This document shows, in pieces, positions 55,086 to 64,000 of a stretch of 64,000 nucleotides of DNA. Both the position numbers and the translations under genes were made by a program. The stretch's first letter is position 1. Every line of letters starts with the position of its first letter. Source of the stretch: an uncultured Thermoleophilia bacterium (GTDB taxonomy: Bacteria; Actinomycetota; Thermoleophilia; UBA2241). The notes under the pieces are model-generated. The model searched no databases, was not told the DNA's origin, and was given only the letters and a program-made list of their open reading frames with translations. The stretch lies in contig CAZHMG010000002.1 of the NCBI GenBank assembly GCA_964533575.1, positions 13,373 through 77,372 of the forward strand. Reading direction: 5' to 3'.

Positions 55086-56719
55086 GACGCCACCGTATCG
55101 AGCCCGCTCGAGATCTCGGCGTATTCGATCGCCGCGGTTCGGCGAGGATCGTCAGCCGTACCGGCGCGCGTCCAGGCGACTTTGGTGATCCCGATATACC
55201 GGGAGCCCCCGAAAGCATCCTCGAGGAGAATCCGCCCACGATACGCGGCGATCGTCTCGAGCTTCGCGATAGCCGCCGCGCCGGCAGCCGAGAGCACGAA
55301 TGATCCGGCCATGCCGGCGAGCTCCCCGACGAGCACGATCGGCCGATCGCGATCGAGCGGCTCGAGGACAGCGCTCGGCGCCTGCGAGCTCTCGGACGGA
55401 TCCGACAGCGGAGCGGCGAGCCAATTGCCGGCCGGGGCATCGACTGTCTTCAGGTTCCACCCCGTGAGCGAGTAGCCAGTCGTCGCGGCCGTCGCCCAGG
55501 CGGAATAGCGACGCGTCCCCGATGCCGTGTGCAGCGCCGAGACGCGGATCCGATAGGTGTTCGTGACGCCGCGATCGGCCTCGTAATCGTGGCCGTCGGC
55601 GCCGACGGACATAAGCGAGACGTCCTCGGTATGCGGTACATCGACCATGCCGCGGACGTCGCGCCAGACGCCCCCCACCTGGCGCTGCACGTGCGCGAGC
55701 CAGGAGAACGCCGTATACCCGCTCGTCGCCGGCGCCGTCGCGCGGACGTAGACGTATTGCCCCGCGTTCGGCTGGACGTTGAGTGTCGGCGTCGCCGGGA
55801 GCGGTACGTTCACAGTGAACTGCTTGTAAGACCAGCTCGACCAGGCGGACCAGCCCGAATCGTCGGAGTACTCGGCGGACGGATGTTCGCGGACGACCCG
55901 TGCGAACAGGGTGTATGAGCCGTTCTCGATCGGCTTCGGCGGGGTCGCGGAGACGGCGAGCGTGGATGGCGTGACGCCATCGCCGTACGCACTTATCGTC
56001 GCCTGCGTTTGGATCGTCCAGACCGGCGAGCCGCTCGGCGTCGTCATCGTCCCGGCATAGAGCGCGAACTCGACGAGCACGCCGCACAGGAACGGCGCCA
56101 GGCCGGCCGGCACTTGCCACGATTCGACGATCGCGGAGACAGTCGCCGTCAGCGTCGGATACTGCGTATCGGTGACGGAGCTCGCCGGCGAGCTCGGCGC
56201 GGCGATCGTCGCCTCTTTGGTCGCGTACAGGTACAAGCCGGCTTCGCGCCAGAGCGCCCGATTCGCGTCGGATGTATGAGGATCGAGAAACGAGAGGAGC
56301 GGCGCGTACAGGCTCCGCGCGTACCATTCGCCGCCCGAGAGCGGGTCGAGGAGCTGGCCGTTCTGCGCGGCGATCTCGGCGTTCGTGATACTCGCGCTGT
56401 AGCCGAGCGAGAGCTTCACGCCCTCGGCGAGCCTGGCGGCTTCGAGATCGATCGCGCCGCACGCGAGTGAGACGTTCTTCGACCCCGGCCGGCTTGATCG
56501 GCAATATGGACAGACGGAGACGATCCGCTCGCCGGCGCCGAGCGACGGCCAACCGGTCGAGTAGTCCGCCGGCGCGTTGGCGACGGTCGCCTTCCCGTAC
56601 GTGGAATCGGAGCCGTCGGAGAGTGCCGTAATGACGTCCGACGTCCCCGTCGGCGCCAATTGGTGCGACGAGCGATAGTACGGCCGCGGCGTCTCGGCCA
56701 CCTTCGTGTATTTCGGCAC
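55082..56719 (-). CDS. tail protein (distal tail/receptor-binding candidate)
   Basis: 545 aa directly downstream of tape measure. Confidence 0.6.
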   Translation of the reverse strand: MPKYTKVAETPRPYYRSSHQLAPTGTSDVITALSDGSDSTYGKATVANAPADYSTGWPSLGAGERIVSVCPYCRSSRPGSKNVSLACGAIDLEAARLAEGVKLSLGYSASITNAEIAAQNGQLLDPLSGGEWYARSLYAPLLSFLDPHTSDANRALWREAGLYLYATKEATIAAPSSPASSVTDTQYPTLTATVSAIVESWQVPAGLAPFLCGVLVEFALYAGTMTTPSGSPVWTIQTQATISAYGDGVTPSTLAVSATPPKPIENGSYTLFARVVREHPSAEYSDDSGWSAWSSWSYKQFTVNVPLPATPTLNVQPNAGQYVYVRATAPATSGYTAFSWLAHVQRQVGGVWRDVRGMVDVPHTEDVSLMSVGADGHDYEADRGVTNTYRIRVSALHTASGTRRYSAWATAATTGYSLTGWNLKTVDAPAGNWLAAPLSDPSESSQAPSAVLEPLDRDRPIVLVGELAGMAGSFVLSAAGAAAIAKLETIAAYRGRILLEDAFGGSRYIGITKVAWTRAGTADDPRRTAAIEYAEISSGLDTVAS

Positions 56720-56721
56720 GC

Positions 56722-58698
56722 TCAGAGCCTCCCGATCTCGCGGACTAGTTGAACGAGCGCCGGCTCGATACCGGCGCGGACGGCGCCCTCGACGGCGCTC
56801 GGTTCCCCCGAGCCGACGTTGACCTCGACGCGGACGGCGCCAGGAGCGACGACGACGGAGCGGGATCCCCGCGAGCTCGATCCGGCGAAGACCGGCGAGT
56901 ATGAAGGCCCGCCACCGAGGCCCGCGGCGGCGCCGGCGAGGCGTGCGCCGGCGGCGGCGACCATGCCACGTGAGCCCTCGAGCCCGAGCACGAGTCCGGC
57001 GCCGGACTGGCGCCCGATCTCGGCGAAGACCTTTGAGGGAGACGAGATACCGAGCGCCTTTTTCGCGACGCCTGAGAGGCTAGAGATCAGTGAGCGGATC
57101 CGCTCAGTGACCGCCGACCAGGCGGCCGAGATACCATCGCGAAGCCCATACACGACATCGCGGCCGGCGCTGTAGAGCAGGCGGCCAAGGTTGCCGACGG
57201 CCGAGCGGATCCGGCCAGGGAAGCCGCGCGCGAACGAGACGACGGCGCCGAAGGCGGCGGCGGCGCTCGAGCGGATCCGGTCCCAGTTACGCGCAATCGT
57301 GAGCACAAGCGCGCCGATCGGCCCCGTGAGGATGGTCACGATCCGCGGCCCCCAGGAGCGGAAGAAGCCGGCCAACCCATTGAACACCGTGAACGCGGAC
57401 CGCTTGATACCTTCCCAGGCGCCCGTGACGATCCGGCGGAACGTCTCGCTCTTCTTCCACGCGATCACGAACGCGGCGACGAGGCCGGCGACGGCGACCA
57501 CGACGAGCCCGATCGGGTTCGCGCTCATGGCGGCGTTGAGTAGCCATTGAGCCGCCGCCCAAGCTTTCGACGCGGCGGCGACGGCAAGCTGCGCGCTGCG
57601 AGCGGCAATCGTTGCGGCCGTATGCGCCACGGTTCGCGCGGCGGCGACCGTTGCGGCCGCGGCCTGGCGCCCGAGCGCGGCGACGCCCGTCGCGACGGAA
57701 CGCGCGAATGAGCCGACGCCCTTCGTCGCGCCGGCGATCGCGCGCGCATAGAGCGGCGCGCTCTTCGCATTCTTCCCGAAGGCGATCGCGACGTTTCCAG
57801 AGACACGCGACAGCGCGCCGAGGCCCTTTGTGACGCCGCCAACACCCATGAGCAGCGGTCCCGTGGCAATCGCGGCCAATCCCGCTTTCACGATCCAGCC
57901 CTGCGTCGACGGCGAGAGGTCATTGAAACGATCGGCGAGCCCCGCGATCGCCGCCGTGCCTCGCTCGATCATCGGGAGTAAGGCTGTGCCGAGTGTCTCG
58001 GATGCGTCAGCAAGCTTCGCCTGCATGATCGCCGTCCGGCCGGCGGCTGTGTCGGCCGCAGCCGCGGCGGAGCCGCCCATCGTCTCAGCGGCCTTGGCGA
58101 GCGTTTGCTCGAATGTCATCGTTGCGCCGTCAGCGCTCTTCGTTGCTATGCCCAGCCGCCCCAGGGCGCCGACGTTGCCGTTGTGCGCCTTCGCCATTGC
58201 GAGCGCGACTTGCTCGATCGGCTTGCCCGTGGCTGCCGAAATGTCGAGCGCCTGATTCATGAGATCCTGAGAGCGCGTCGCGTCCCCCGTGGCGCGAAGC
58301 AAATGAGCCATGGCAGGCCGTAGCTCGCCGTCTGCTACCCCTGTCGCGTTCTGCGTCTTCGTGATCCAAGCTTCCATTGCGGCGACCTGGCCCGCCGTGG
58401 CGCCTGTCGCGTTCCGCATTGCCTTCTCGAGAAGCGCTACCTCTTTCGCCTCACCCATTGCCGCGCGGGCAGAAAGCGCAAAGCCAGCGATGAGCGGCAG
58501 AGAAGCCGCAGTCATGGCCCGGCCTGTATTGATCGCCTTGTTTCCGACGTCATCGAGCGCGCGCCCCGTCCGCACGAGATCGGCGCCCGTCGAGCCGGCG
58601 AAGCCGCGGGCACCCGAGCCGAACTTCGCGAGCGAGCGTTGCGCGCTTTGGACGCCGCGATCGTCGAACTTGGAAATGATGTTCAGGACGACGGCCAC
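56722..58698 (-). CDS. tail tape measure protein
   Basis: 658 aa, Ala-rich helical repeats, hydrophobic central segment ..PIGLVVVAVAGLVAAFVIAW.. Confidence 0.8.
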   Translation of the reverse strand: MAVVLNIISKFDDRGVQSAQRSLAKFGSGARGFAGSTGADLVRTGRALDDVGNKAINTGRAMTAASLPLIAGFALSARAAMGEAKEVALLEKAMRNATGATAGQVAAMEAWITKTQNATGVADGELRPAMAHLLRATGDATRSQDLMNQALDISAATGKPIEQVALAMAKAHNGNVGALGRLGIATKSADGATMTFEQTLAKAAETMGGSAAAAADTAAGRTAIMQAKLADASETLGTALLPMIERGTAAIAGLADRFNDLSPSTQGWIVKAGLAAIATGPLLMGVGGVTKGLGALSRVSGNVAIAFGKNAKSAPLYARAIAGATKGVGSFARSVATGVAALGRQAAAATVAAARTVAHTAATIAARSAQLAVAAASKAWAAAQWLLNAAMSANPIGLVVVAVAGLVAAFVIAWKKSETFRRIVTGAWEGIKRSAFTVFNGLAGFFRSWGPRIVTILTGPIGALVLTIARNWDRIRSSAAAAFGAVVSFARGFPGRIRSAVGNLGRLLYSAGRDVVYGLRDGISAAWSAVTERIRSLISSLSGVAKKALGISSPSKVFAEIGRQSGAGLVLGLEGSRGMVAAAGARLAGAAAGLGGGPSYSPVFAGSSSRGSRSVVVAPGAVRVEVNVGSGEPSAVEGAVRAGIEPALVQLVREIGRL

Positions 58699-58701
58699 GA
58701 C

Positions 58702-59184
58702 TCAGACCCTCCCGAGCCGGCGATCGAGCTCGGCCTCGGTTGTCGCGACGATCTCGCGCAGCTTCGCGTCGACGGCTGCGGCCTTCGCGTCCCACGCCGC
58801 CCAAGCGATGCGCCCCGGTGCGCCGTAGCGCGCCGAGAGCGTCCGGATGAGCGTTGCGCCGCGCGGCGTCTTGCCGCCGGGATTCACACTCCCGGCAAAC
58901 TCAGTGATGACGGCGCCGCGCTCGCGGTTTGCCAATGTCCAGCCGGCGCCGCGGCGCTTGACGCGATAGGCGCCGGCCGAGCGGCCGCTCCCGCCGATCC
59001 GGCCGGCGGCTTCGCCGGCGACCTCACGTAGCGTGCCGCGGATCTCGCGGTCGAACTTCGCCCGCAGATCCGGCGCGACCTCGCCGAGCTCCTGGCGGAT
59101 CTGCTCGACGTGCAGCGGCTCGATCGAGATCAGAGAGTCCCGATCGAGTCCCTTCCCGCCTCGCGTTGCCGTCAGTCCCGCCAT
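58702..59184 (-). CDS. tail assembly protein candidate (position-based)
   Basis: 160 aa between chaperone-position ORF and tape measure. Confidence 0.4.
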   Translation of the reverse strand: MAGLTATRGGKGLDRDSLISIEPLHVEQIRQELGEVAPDLRAKFDREIRGTLREVAGEAAGRIGGSGRSAGAYRVKRRGAGWTLANRERGAVITEFAGSVNPGGKTPRGATLIRTLSARYGAPGRIAWAAWDAKAAAVDAKLREIVATTEAELDRRLGRV

Positions 59185-59334
59185 CCCTTCAGCCCTTGCC
59201 CCTCAGCCGAGCGAGCCGCTCGGCGTGTCTGTCATCGCGGCCGCGCCGCTCGAGCGCCTCAAATACCGCCTCGCGGATTTCGGGATCGCACTCAGCGAGA
59301 TTCATTGCGAACCCGCCGGCGACCATTGCCGACG

Positions 59335-59616
59335 CTATTCGCCGAGCGGCGCTTGAGATTCCCCCGGCTCGACCGCCTCAGTACGGCACACGCCGGCCGC
59401 CCATGCCTCATAGCCGACGCCATCCGGCACGACGCCGGCGCGCTTGCCGGCGAGGAAAGCCGCATAGGTGATCGCGTCGAGATTGCCCTCGCGCGCCGAG
59501 CCGACGCCAAACTTCCGCTCGGCGAGATTGACTTCCCATTGACCGACCGGCACGACGTCGGAGCTCCTGTCGTCGTCGTAGTAGTCGATCCGCATCCGTG
59601 GAATCTGCGGAGCCAC
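59335..59616 (-). CDS. tail assembly chaperone candidate (position-based)
   Basis: 93 aa, acidic, immediately downstream of major tail protein gene. Confidence 0.45.
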   Translation of the reverse strand: MAPQIPRMRIDYYDDDRSSDVVPVGQWEVNLAERKFGVGSAREGNLDAITYAAFLAGKRAGVVPDGVGYEAWAAGVCRTEAVEPGESQAPLGE

Positions 59617-59636
59617 TCGATCCCCCTTGTCCGGTA

Positions 59637-60599
59637 TCAGTAAGACGCCTGCGCGTTTGTGAGTGTCGCCGTGATCGGCGTCGCCGTGTTCCGGTAGCAG
59701 ATGCCCGAGAGCTCGCTCTCGGCGGCGCCGCCCTCGGGATCGGCTTCCGGCATGTCGCAGAGGAACGCGACGCGATCGGCTTCGAGCTTGAGCGAGTCGG
59801 AGCCGTTCACGAACGTGAACTCGAACGAGCCATAGAGCGGCGTCGACTGCACTCCGGCGCCCGAGCTCGTGCCCGTGACTATCGTCCGCCAGAGCCCGAG
59901 ATCGTCCGGCTCGACCGTGAAGGACACCTCAGCGACGCAGGCGCCTTCGTGGACGTCGCCGGCCTCGATCGTGCCGCTGTAGTGCTTCGCCTCGGCGCCC
60001 CGCTTGATCGCGATCTTGCCGCCCTTGATCGATGCGGCGACCGGCGTTGCGGAGTCGACGTCATACTTGAACGTCCCGCCGACGGGCGCGAAGTAGGCGG
60101 CGCCGTCGGACTCGTCGACAGTCGGAGTGAAGGCAACCGGGAACGAGAGCACCGTCCCGTTCGCCTTGACGGAGACGGAGAGCGGCGCGTTTTCTTCCCA
60201 TGAGATCTCGAGCTCGTCGATCTTGCAGTCGCGAATCGCGGCGATCGTGTCGTCGCCCTTCTTCTCGAAGATCGTCAGATAGGGGAGCGAGCTCCCGAGC
60301 GTGAACTCATGGACGTATGGCCCGGTCCCCGTTGTGCTCACGGCGCCGAGCGCGGCGAGTAGGTAGAGCCCCAGGCCCTTGACCCAGGCGCGCGTTTCGA
60401 TCGAGGCGCCGTTTTCGGCCTTCTCCCGAAAGGCGCCGGCGGCCGCGAGATACGCGCTTGTGATCGCATCGGCTTCCTGCGTGATCGCGACGCCGAGGCC
60501 GCCGCCCGTGAGCCCGTGAGCGAAAGCGGGATTCGCGGCGATCGAGCCCTTGCTCGCCTGCTTCGCGATCCCGAGAACGTCTTTTCCTACTTGCAGCAC
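59637..60599 (-). CDS. major tail protein
   Basis: 320 aa, position and composition. Confidence 0.65.
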   Translation of the reverse strand: MLQVGKDVLGIAKQASKGSIAANPAFAHGLTGGGLGVAITQEADAITSAYLAAAGAFREKAENGASIETRAWVKGLGLYLLAALGAVSTTGTGPYVHEFTLGSSLPYLTIFEKKGDDTIAAIRDCKIDELEISWEENAPLSVSVKANGTVLSFPVAFTPTVDESDGAAYFAPVGGTFKYDVDSATPVAASIKGGKIAIKRGAEAKHYSGTIEAGDVHEGACVAEVSFTVEPDDLGLWRTIVTGTSSGAGVQSTPLYGSFEFTFVNGSDSLKLEADRVAFLCDMPEADPEGGAAESELSGICYRNTATPITATLTNAQASY

Positions 60600-60602
60600 C
60601 GA

Positions 60603-60833
60603 TCAGCCCTCCCGCTCGGCGGCGCGAGCGCGCCGTGTCTTTTCGACGAGTTGCACGGCGCCAGTACGCCGCAGATGCTCGAGCGCCTCGAGCTCGCCGG
60701 CGTCGGCCGGCGTATGCTCGCCGGCATCGAAGGCGAAGACGATCGCGCCGGCCGGCGTCCAGATCTCGCCCCTTACGGGCGCCCCTATCGTGTAGACCTT
60801 GCTCATGCGTCCCAATCCTCCCGTGCGTGTCAC
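60603..60833 (-). CDS. prophage structural-module hypothetical protein
   Basis: 76 aa. Confidence 0.4.
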   Translation of the reverse strand: MTRTGGLGRMSKVYTIGAPVRGEIWTPAGAIVFAFDAGEHTPADAGELEALEHLRRTGAVQLVEKTRRARAAEREG

Positions 60834-61273
60834 CCGGCGGCCGTCGCCGTGCCCTGGTAGCGGACCGTGAGCGTGAGCCCGACCTCGCGCGTCGTCGCCT
60901 CGGGGATCGCCTCTTCGGCTTGAGCCCGCACGATGCGCGCGAAGACCACGAGGCCCCCGAGCGTCGGATCGGCGCCGAGCGCCGTCTCAACGGCGCCGGC
61001 CAGGACGAGCGCGCGATCGCGCACCGGCTCATAGTCCGTCGCCGTTTGCGTGACGAGGATTCGCACATTCAGCGAGGCGAGCTCGTCGCGAGCGCCGCCG
61101 CCCGAGACGTAGCGCGGAAGCTCGGCGTCGAAGTCGCCGGCAATCCACACGTGCTCGATCTGCGGACCGCCGGCGGGATAGCCGAGCGAACACGGCACGC
61201 CGGCCGGAAGCTGCGCGGCGATTGCCGTCGCGAGCGCGTCTTGCACCGCCGGCGCCAGGAGTGAGAAAGCCAC
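60830..61273 (-). CDS. tail terminator/neck protein candidate
   Basis: 147 aa, position between connector genes and major tail. Confidence 0.45.
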   Translation of the reverse strand: MAFSLLAPAVQDALATAIAAQLPAGVPCSLGYPAGGPQIEHVWIAGDFDAELPRYVSGGGARDELASLNVRILVTQTATDYEPVRDRALVLAGAVETALGADPTLGGLVVFARIVRAQAEEAIPEATTREVGLTLTVRYQGTATAAG

Positions 61274-61282
61274 CGTCGCCCC

Positions 61283-62113
61283 CTAGCCGATGAGCGGGAA
61301 GAGGCGGGCGAGATCCCGAGCCACCGCATCGACGTCAGGAAGCCCCGTCGGACCGTCGCGGCCGGCGATCGAGAGCCGCAGGAAGCCGACGTCTGTCTGC
61401 TCGGCGACGGCTCGAGACGAGAGCGCCGAGCGGACGAGATACTCGCGAGCGAGGATCATTGCGGCCTTCGCGGCGTCTTCCGGCGGATAGTCGAGCCCGT
61501 GCTCATAGTGCAAGGCGATCGCCGCGTCGAGCGTCCAGAGCTTGCCGGACGGCCGATCGACGGCGCCCCAGTCTTGCGGCGTGAGCTCGGCCAGCTCTTC
61601 CGCCGTGATCGACGTTCCGGCGATCGAGCCCGAGAGGAACGCGCGCGGCGCCTTCGTCGGCAACTGCAGCCTGCTCGAGCCTTCGCCCGCCGTCGAGATC
61701 CGGCGGCCGCGCGGCACGAGCGCCAAGCGACAGGCACGCTCGAAACGGATCTCGGCGGCCGTGCGCGCGCCGCGGAGCTCGGCCTCAGTCTTCGCGGAGA
61801 GCGATGAGTCGAACGCCTTGAGATCGGCCGTCTCGAAGAGATAGGCGCCGCAGATCTCGGCATACGTCACCCAGGAGCCTTGATCGCCCGCCCAGGTGGC
61901 GCGATAGGTGTCGAGCGTCGCGAGGCTTGCGGCCGGCACACTCGCCGAAAGCTGCCCGCCCGCCGCCGTCGGCGTGCCCGAGTAGACTTCCGTCCCCGCG
62001 CCGTCGGCGATCGAGAGCGTCGGCGTCGTGACTGTGATCGCATCGCCGTCTTCGTCGCGCGTCGCGACCTTGAGCGCGTAGCTTCCCGCCGTGATCTTGC
62101 GGAAGCGATCCAT
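61283..62113 (-). CDS. head-tail joining/neck protein candidate
   Basis: 276 aa, position downstream of capsid. Confidence 0.45.
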   Translation of the reverse strand: MDRFRKITAGSYALKVATRDEDGDAITVTTPTLSIADGAGTEVYSGTPTAAGGQLSASVPAASLATLDTYRATWAGDQGSWVTYAEICGAYLFETADLKAFDSSLSAKTEAELRGARTAAEIRFERACRLALVPRGRRISTAGEGSSRLQLPTKAPRAFLSGSIAGTSITAEELAELTPQDWGAVDRPSGKLWTLDAAIALHYEHGLDYPPEDAAKAAMILAREYLVRSALSSRAVAEQTDVGFLRLSIAGRDGPTGLPDVDAVARDLARLFPLIG

Positions 62114-62122
62114 GCCGGACCC

Positions 62123-62377
62123 CTAGCGCAGGACGCCGCGAGCCGGCTTGCGCGGCTTCGGCTCGGCTTCGGCCGGTTTCGCGGCGCCGTTCGCGATGAG
62201 AATCGCGCCGACGTCCTCAGGAACCTCGGCTGCTTCGCCGGCTTCGCCGCGATAGCTGGCGATCGCCGCGGGAGAGCTCCCGACGTCGACGCCGCCGGCG
62301 CCCGTGTAGACGATCCTCATACGCGCACCCTCCCGTTCCGCGTCCGCTTGCCGCTCCCATCTTCCGGCGCGTGTCAC
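62123..62377 (-). CDS. small head-associated hypothetical protein
   Basis: 84 aa directly downstream of capsid gene. Confidence 0.4.
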   Translation of the reverse strand: MTRAGRWERQADAEREGARMRIVYTGAGGVDVGSSPAAIASYRGEAGEAAEVPEDVGAILIANGAAKPAEAEPKPRKPARGVLR

Positions 62378-62444
62378 CCGAGCACAGGAAAGGCCGCCGG
62401 CGGTGATCCCCGCCGGCGGCCCGAATCCGCGCGAGCCGTCAGGC

Positions 62445-63599
62445 TCAGGCGTTATTCGACTTCATGAGCACGGCAGCCTGGCGATGCCAGGCGCAGCCGC
62501 CCAGGCGCCCGAGGCCGTAGAACTTGACCTTCGGGACGGCCGTGTACGGATCGCGGAGCACGCTCACCTCGCGATGAGTCCCGACCGCATAGGCGGCCGC
62601 GATATCGGCGAAGGCCACCGGGTAGTTAGCCGCGCCGATCGCGGGCGCCGAGTCCGTCTCGACTACCGGCTTCCCGAGGATCCGCCACTCGCCCGAGGCG
62701 TCCTGCGTCGCGAGCGGGACGTCCGTCAGGCCCGGATACGTCATCGCGGCCACGGTCGCGAGCGTGGCGCCGCTCATGAGCCAGGCGGCCCGCGAGCGGA
62801 ACTTCACCGGGAGCGTGAAGTACTGCGTGAGGAAGGCAGTATTCGCGAGCGCGCCGGCGGCGCCCGAGAGCAGGGTCGTATACGTCGCCGTTTCGGCGAA
62901 GAGGCCCTTGATCTTCGTTGTCCCGTCGCCGTTCACAGCGTCGGCGCCGGCCTGCTCGTAAATGTCCTCATAGATCCAGGTCAGGAGCATGTCCTCAGCG
63001 CCGGCGACCGAATCAAGATAGAGCTGCGTCGCCCTCTGGTCTGTGTAGTATTCCTCACAGGTCAGAGTCGGACCGGCAAACGTCGGCGCGTTCTGCTCGG
63101 AGCGGGCGCCGTCTTCGGCCGCAGTCGTCGCGACACCGTGCGTCAGCTTGTAAGGGAGCTCGATCGAGCGGCTGCCGCCGCGCAGATCGAAATGCGTCGC
63201 GCGGCCGAAGATCGGATCGTTCTTCCGCACCTTTTCGATGAGCTCGGCGTGCTTCGGCTCGGCGACGATATAGCCGCCGTTCGCGTCAGTCGTCGACAGC
63301 GAGGCGGCGAGGATCGGACCGACTTCGCCCGTCTTCAGATAGGCGAGGAACTCGGAGACGGAGCGATCTTCCGCCGACGGCTCGCCGGCCTGCCCGTTGC
63401 CGCGGGCGACGATCGCGCGGAGCTCGGCGATCTCGGCGTCGCGGATCTCGCCGGCGGTCCGCTCGAGCGCCTGCACTTCGCCCGTCAGGCGCATAACCTC
63501 GGCCTGCTCGTCGACGGTGAGCTCGGCCTTCGCCGTGAGCTCGCCGATCTTCGCCTGCAGAGCGCTTGCGCGCTCCTGGAGCACTCGGTAATCAAGCAT
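62445..63599 (-). CDS. major capsid protein (HK97-fold candidate)
   Basis: ATG 63599 eight nt after GGGAGGA, overlapping protease stop; N-terminal delta-like coiled coil MLDYRVLQERASALQAKIGELTAKAEL.. then ~350-aa body. Confidence 0.7.
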   Translation of the reverse strand: MLDYRVLQERASALQAKIGELTAKAELTVDEQAEVMRLTGEVQALERTAGEIRDAEIAELRAIVARGNGQAGEPSAEDRSVSEFLAYLKTGEVGPILAASLSTTDANGGYIVAEPKHAELIEKVRKNDPIFGRATHFDLRGGSRSIELPYKLTHGVATTAAEDGARSEQNAPTFAGPTLTCEEYYTDQRATQLYLDSVAGAEDMLLTWIYEDIYEQAGADAVNGDGTTKIKGLFAETATYTTLLSGAAGALANTAFLTQYFTLPVKFRSRAAWLMSGATLATVAAMTYPGLTDVPLATQDASGEWRILGKPVVETDSAPAIGAANYPVAFADIAAAYAVGTHREVSVLRDPYTAVPKVKFYGLGRLGGCAWHRQAAVLMKSNNA

Positions 63600-64000
63600 G
63601 AGAGTTGTCCTCCCGTGAGAGTTGACGGAAACCAACGCCGGGAACGAACACCCTCGCCCGGACGGGCGCGGCCTCAGCGGCCGCGGCGACGGGCGCCTCA
63701 GCGGCGCCGGCCGACGTGTCTTCGGAGTCAGTAGCGGCGCCCTCGCCGGCGTCGTGGAGCTCGCGCTCGGCGAGCTCGGCCGGCGCATGGCGGAAGCCGA
63801 GCGCCTCGAGATTGAAGCGAGCCGCCGCGGCCATGCGGACCGGCGCGGCGAGCTCGTCGACGAAGCCGGCCTCGATCGCCTCCGCGGCCGAGTACCACGT
63901 CTCCGCGGCCATCGCGGCGGCGAGCTCTTGGCGATCGCGGCCCGTCTTACGTTCGAAAGCGTCAAGCTGCCCGCTGTTCACCATGTCGAGCAGATCGCCG
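63592..64000 (-). CDS. prohead protease (C-terminal part; N-terminus beyond window)
   Basis: ..MVNSGQLDAFERKTGRDRQELAAAMAAETWYSAAEAIEAGFVDEL.. C-terminal ClpP/S49-like protease tail; frame open at 64000. Confidence 0.55.
   Translation of the reverse strand, partial: GDLLDMVNSGQLDAFERKTGRDRQELAAAMAAETWYSAAEAIEAGFVDELAAPVRMAAAARFNLEALGFRHAPAELAERELHDAGEGAATDSEDTSAGAAEAPVAAAAEAAPVRARVFVPGVGFRQLSREDNSHA

Larger units (their letters stand above)
40358..64000. mobile_element. siphovirus-like prophage (left end at tRNA-Ser fragment; right end, integrase/terminase/portal beyond window)
   Basis: Contiguous minus-strand run of phage genes: prohead protease, major capsid, connector, major tail, chaperones, tape measure, tail proteins, amidase endolysin, holin, HTH regulators, ERF, SSB, RusA, HNH endonucleases. 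Confidence 0.8.

Noticed and set aside
59185-59334. Possible programmed -1 frameshift extension between the two tail-chaperone-position ORFs (as in G/GT of siphoviruses)
   Set aside because: Expected by position. I could not identify a convincing slippery heptamer or a continuous extended frame by eye, so left as a plain pair of ORFs.
1-64000. CRISPR arrays, rRNA genes, IS elements outside the prophage
   Set aside because: No regularly spaced direct repeats, no rRNA-like conserved stretches, and no transposase-like ORFs were seen on either strand. The only short repeats found are listed as features.

Overview
This is a very GC-rich bacterial chromosomal segment, probably from a high-GC Gram-positive (Actinomycetota-like) organism; the taxonomic call is inference from codon usage, the dnaX-ffs linkage and PerR/Prx and Csp content. 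No rRNA or CRISPR array was seen.

Layout, left to right:
- 1-2.0 kb: the 3'-truncated dnaX gene with an SRP RNA gene directly upstream of it.
- 2.3-12.7 kb: a tightly coupled glycan-biosynthesis locus. It holds a divergent GT and a fused GT4-GmhA gene. The run continues with an SDR, GmhB and bifunctional HldE, and ends with three paralogous GT9 heptosyltransferase-family genes. A GT2 gene lies antisense between GT9 #2 and GT9 #3. Together this is an ADP-heptose pathway with dedicated transferases.
- 12.8-21.1 kb: three tandem paralogous ~895-aa genes of Pat/PatZ architecture (NDP-forming acyl-CoA-synthetase-like domain plus C-terminal GNAT). They sit immediately next to AMP-forming acetyl-CoA synthetase (acs, 21.2-23.2 kb), the canonical Pat substrate, followed by tRNA-Val(CAC).
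- 23.7-40.3 kb: a mixed housekeeping and accessory block.
  - Transport and export: AI-2E transporter, L-lactate permease, CDF transporter, a voltage-sensor K+ channel and a LysE exporter.
  - Regulators and stress response: CspA, MarR, and Fur/PerR with a peroxiredoxin.
  - Enzymes and other proteins: SRPBCC protein, M48/YgjP hydrolase, stand-alone S18, VOC, EEP nuclease-fold protein, extradiol dioxygenase, pirin, META lipoprotein and an RibD-C reductase.
- 40.36 kb to window end: a 3' fragment of tRNA-Ser(CGA) with phased 11-bp repeats marks the left attachment site of a siphovirus-like prophage that runs beyond 64 kb.
  - All prophage genes are on the minus strand, with pervasive ATGA/TGATG start-stop overlaps.
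  - Head and tail genes: prohead protease (partial), major capsid, connector/neck genes, major tail protein, two chaperone-position ORFs, a 658-aa tape measure and three tail proteins.
  - Lysis genes: an Amidase_3 endolysin and a holin, separated by three other genes.
  - Early genes: two HTH_17 regulators around a repeat-containing switch region, then an ERF/SSB/RusA recombination module and a chain of tiny Cys-rich ORFs.
  - Integrase, terminase and portal are presumably beyond the window.

Most interesting observations:
- the Pat-like triplication next to acs;
- the GT4-GmhA fusion with an embedded antisense GT2;
- the tRNA-fragment att site with arm-type repeats;
- a 15-mer direct repeat bracketing a prophage HTH gene.
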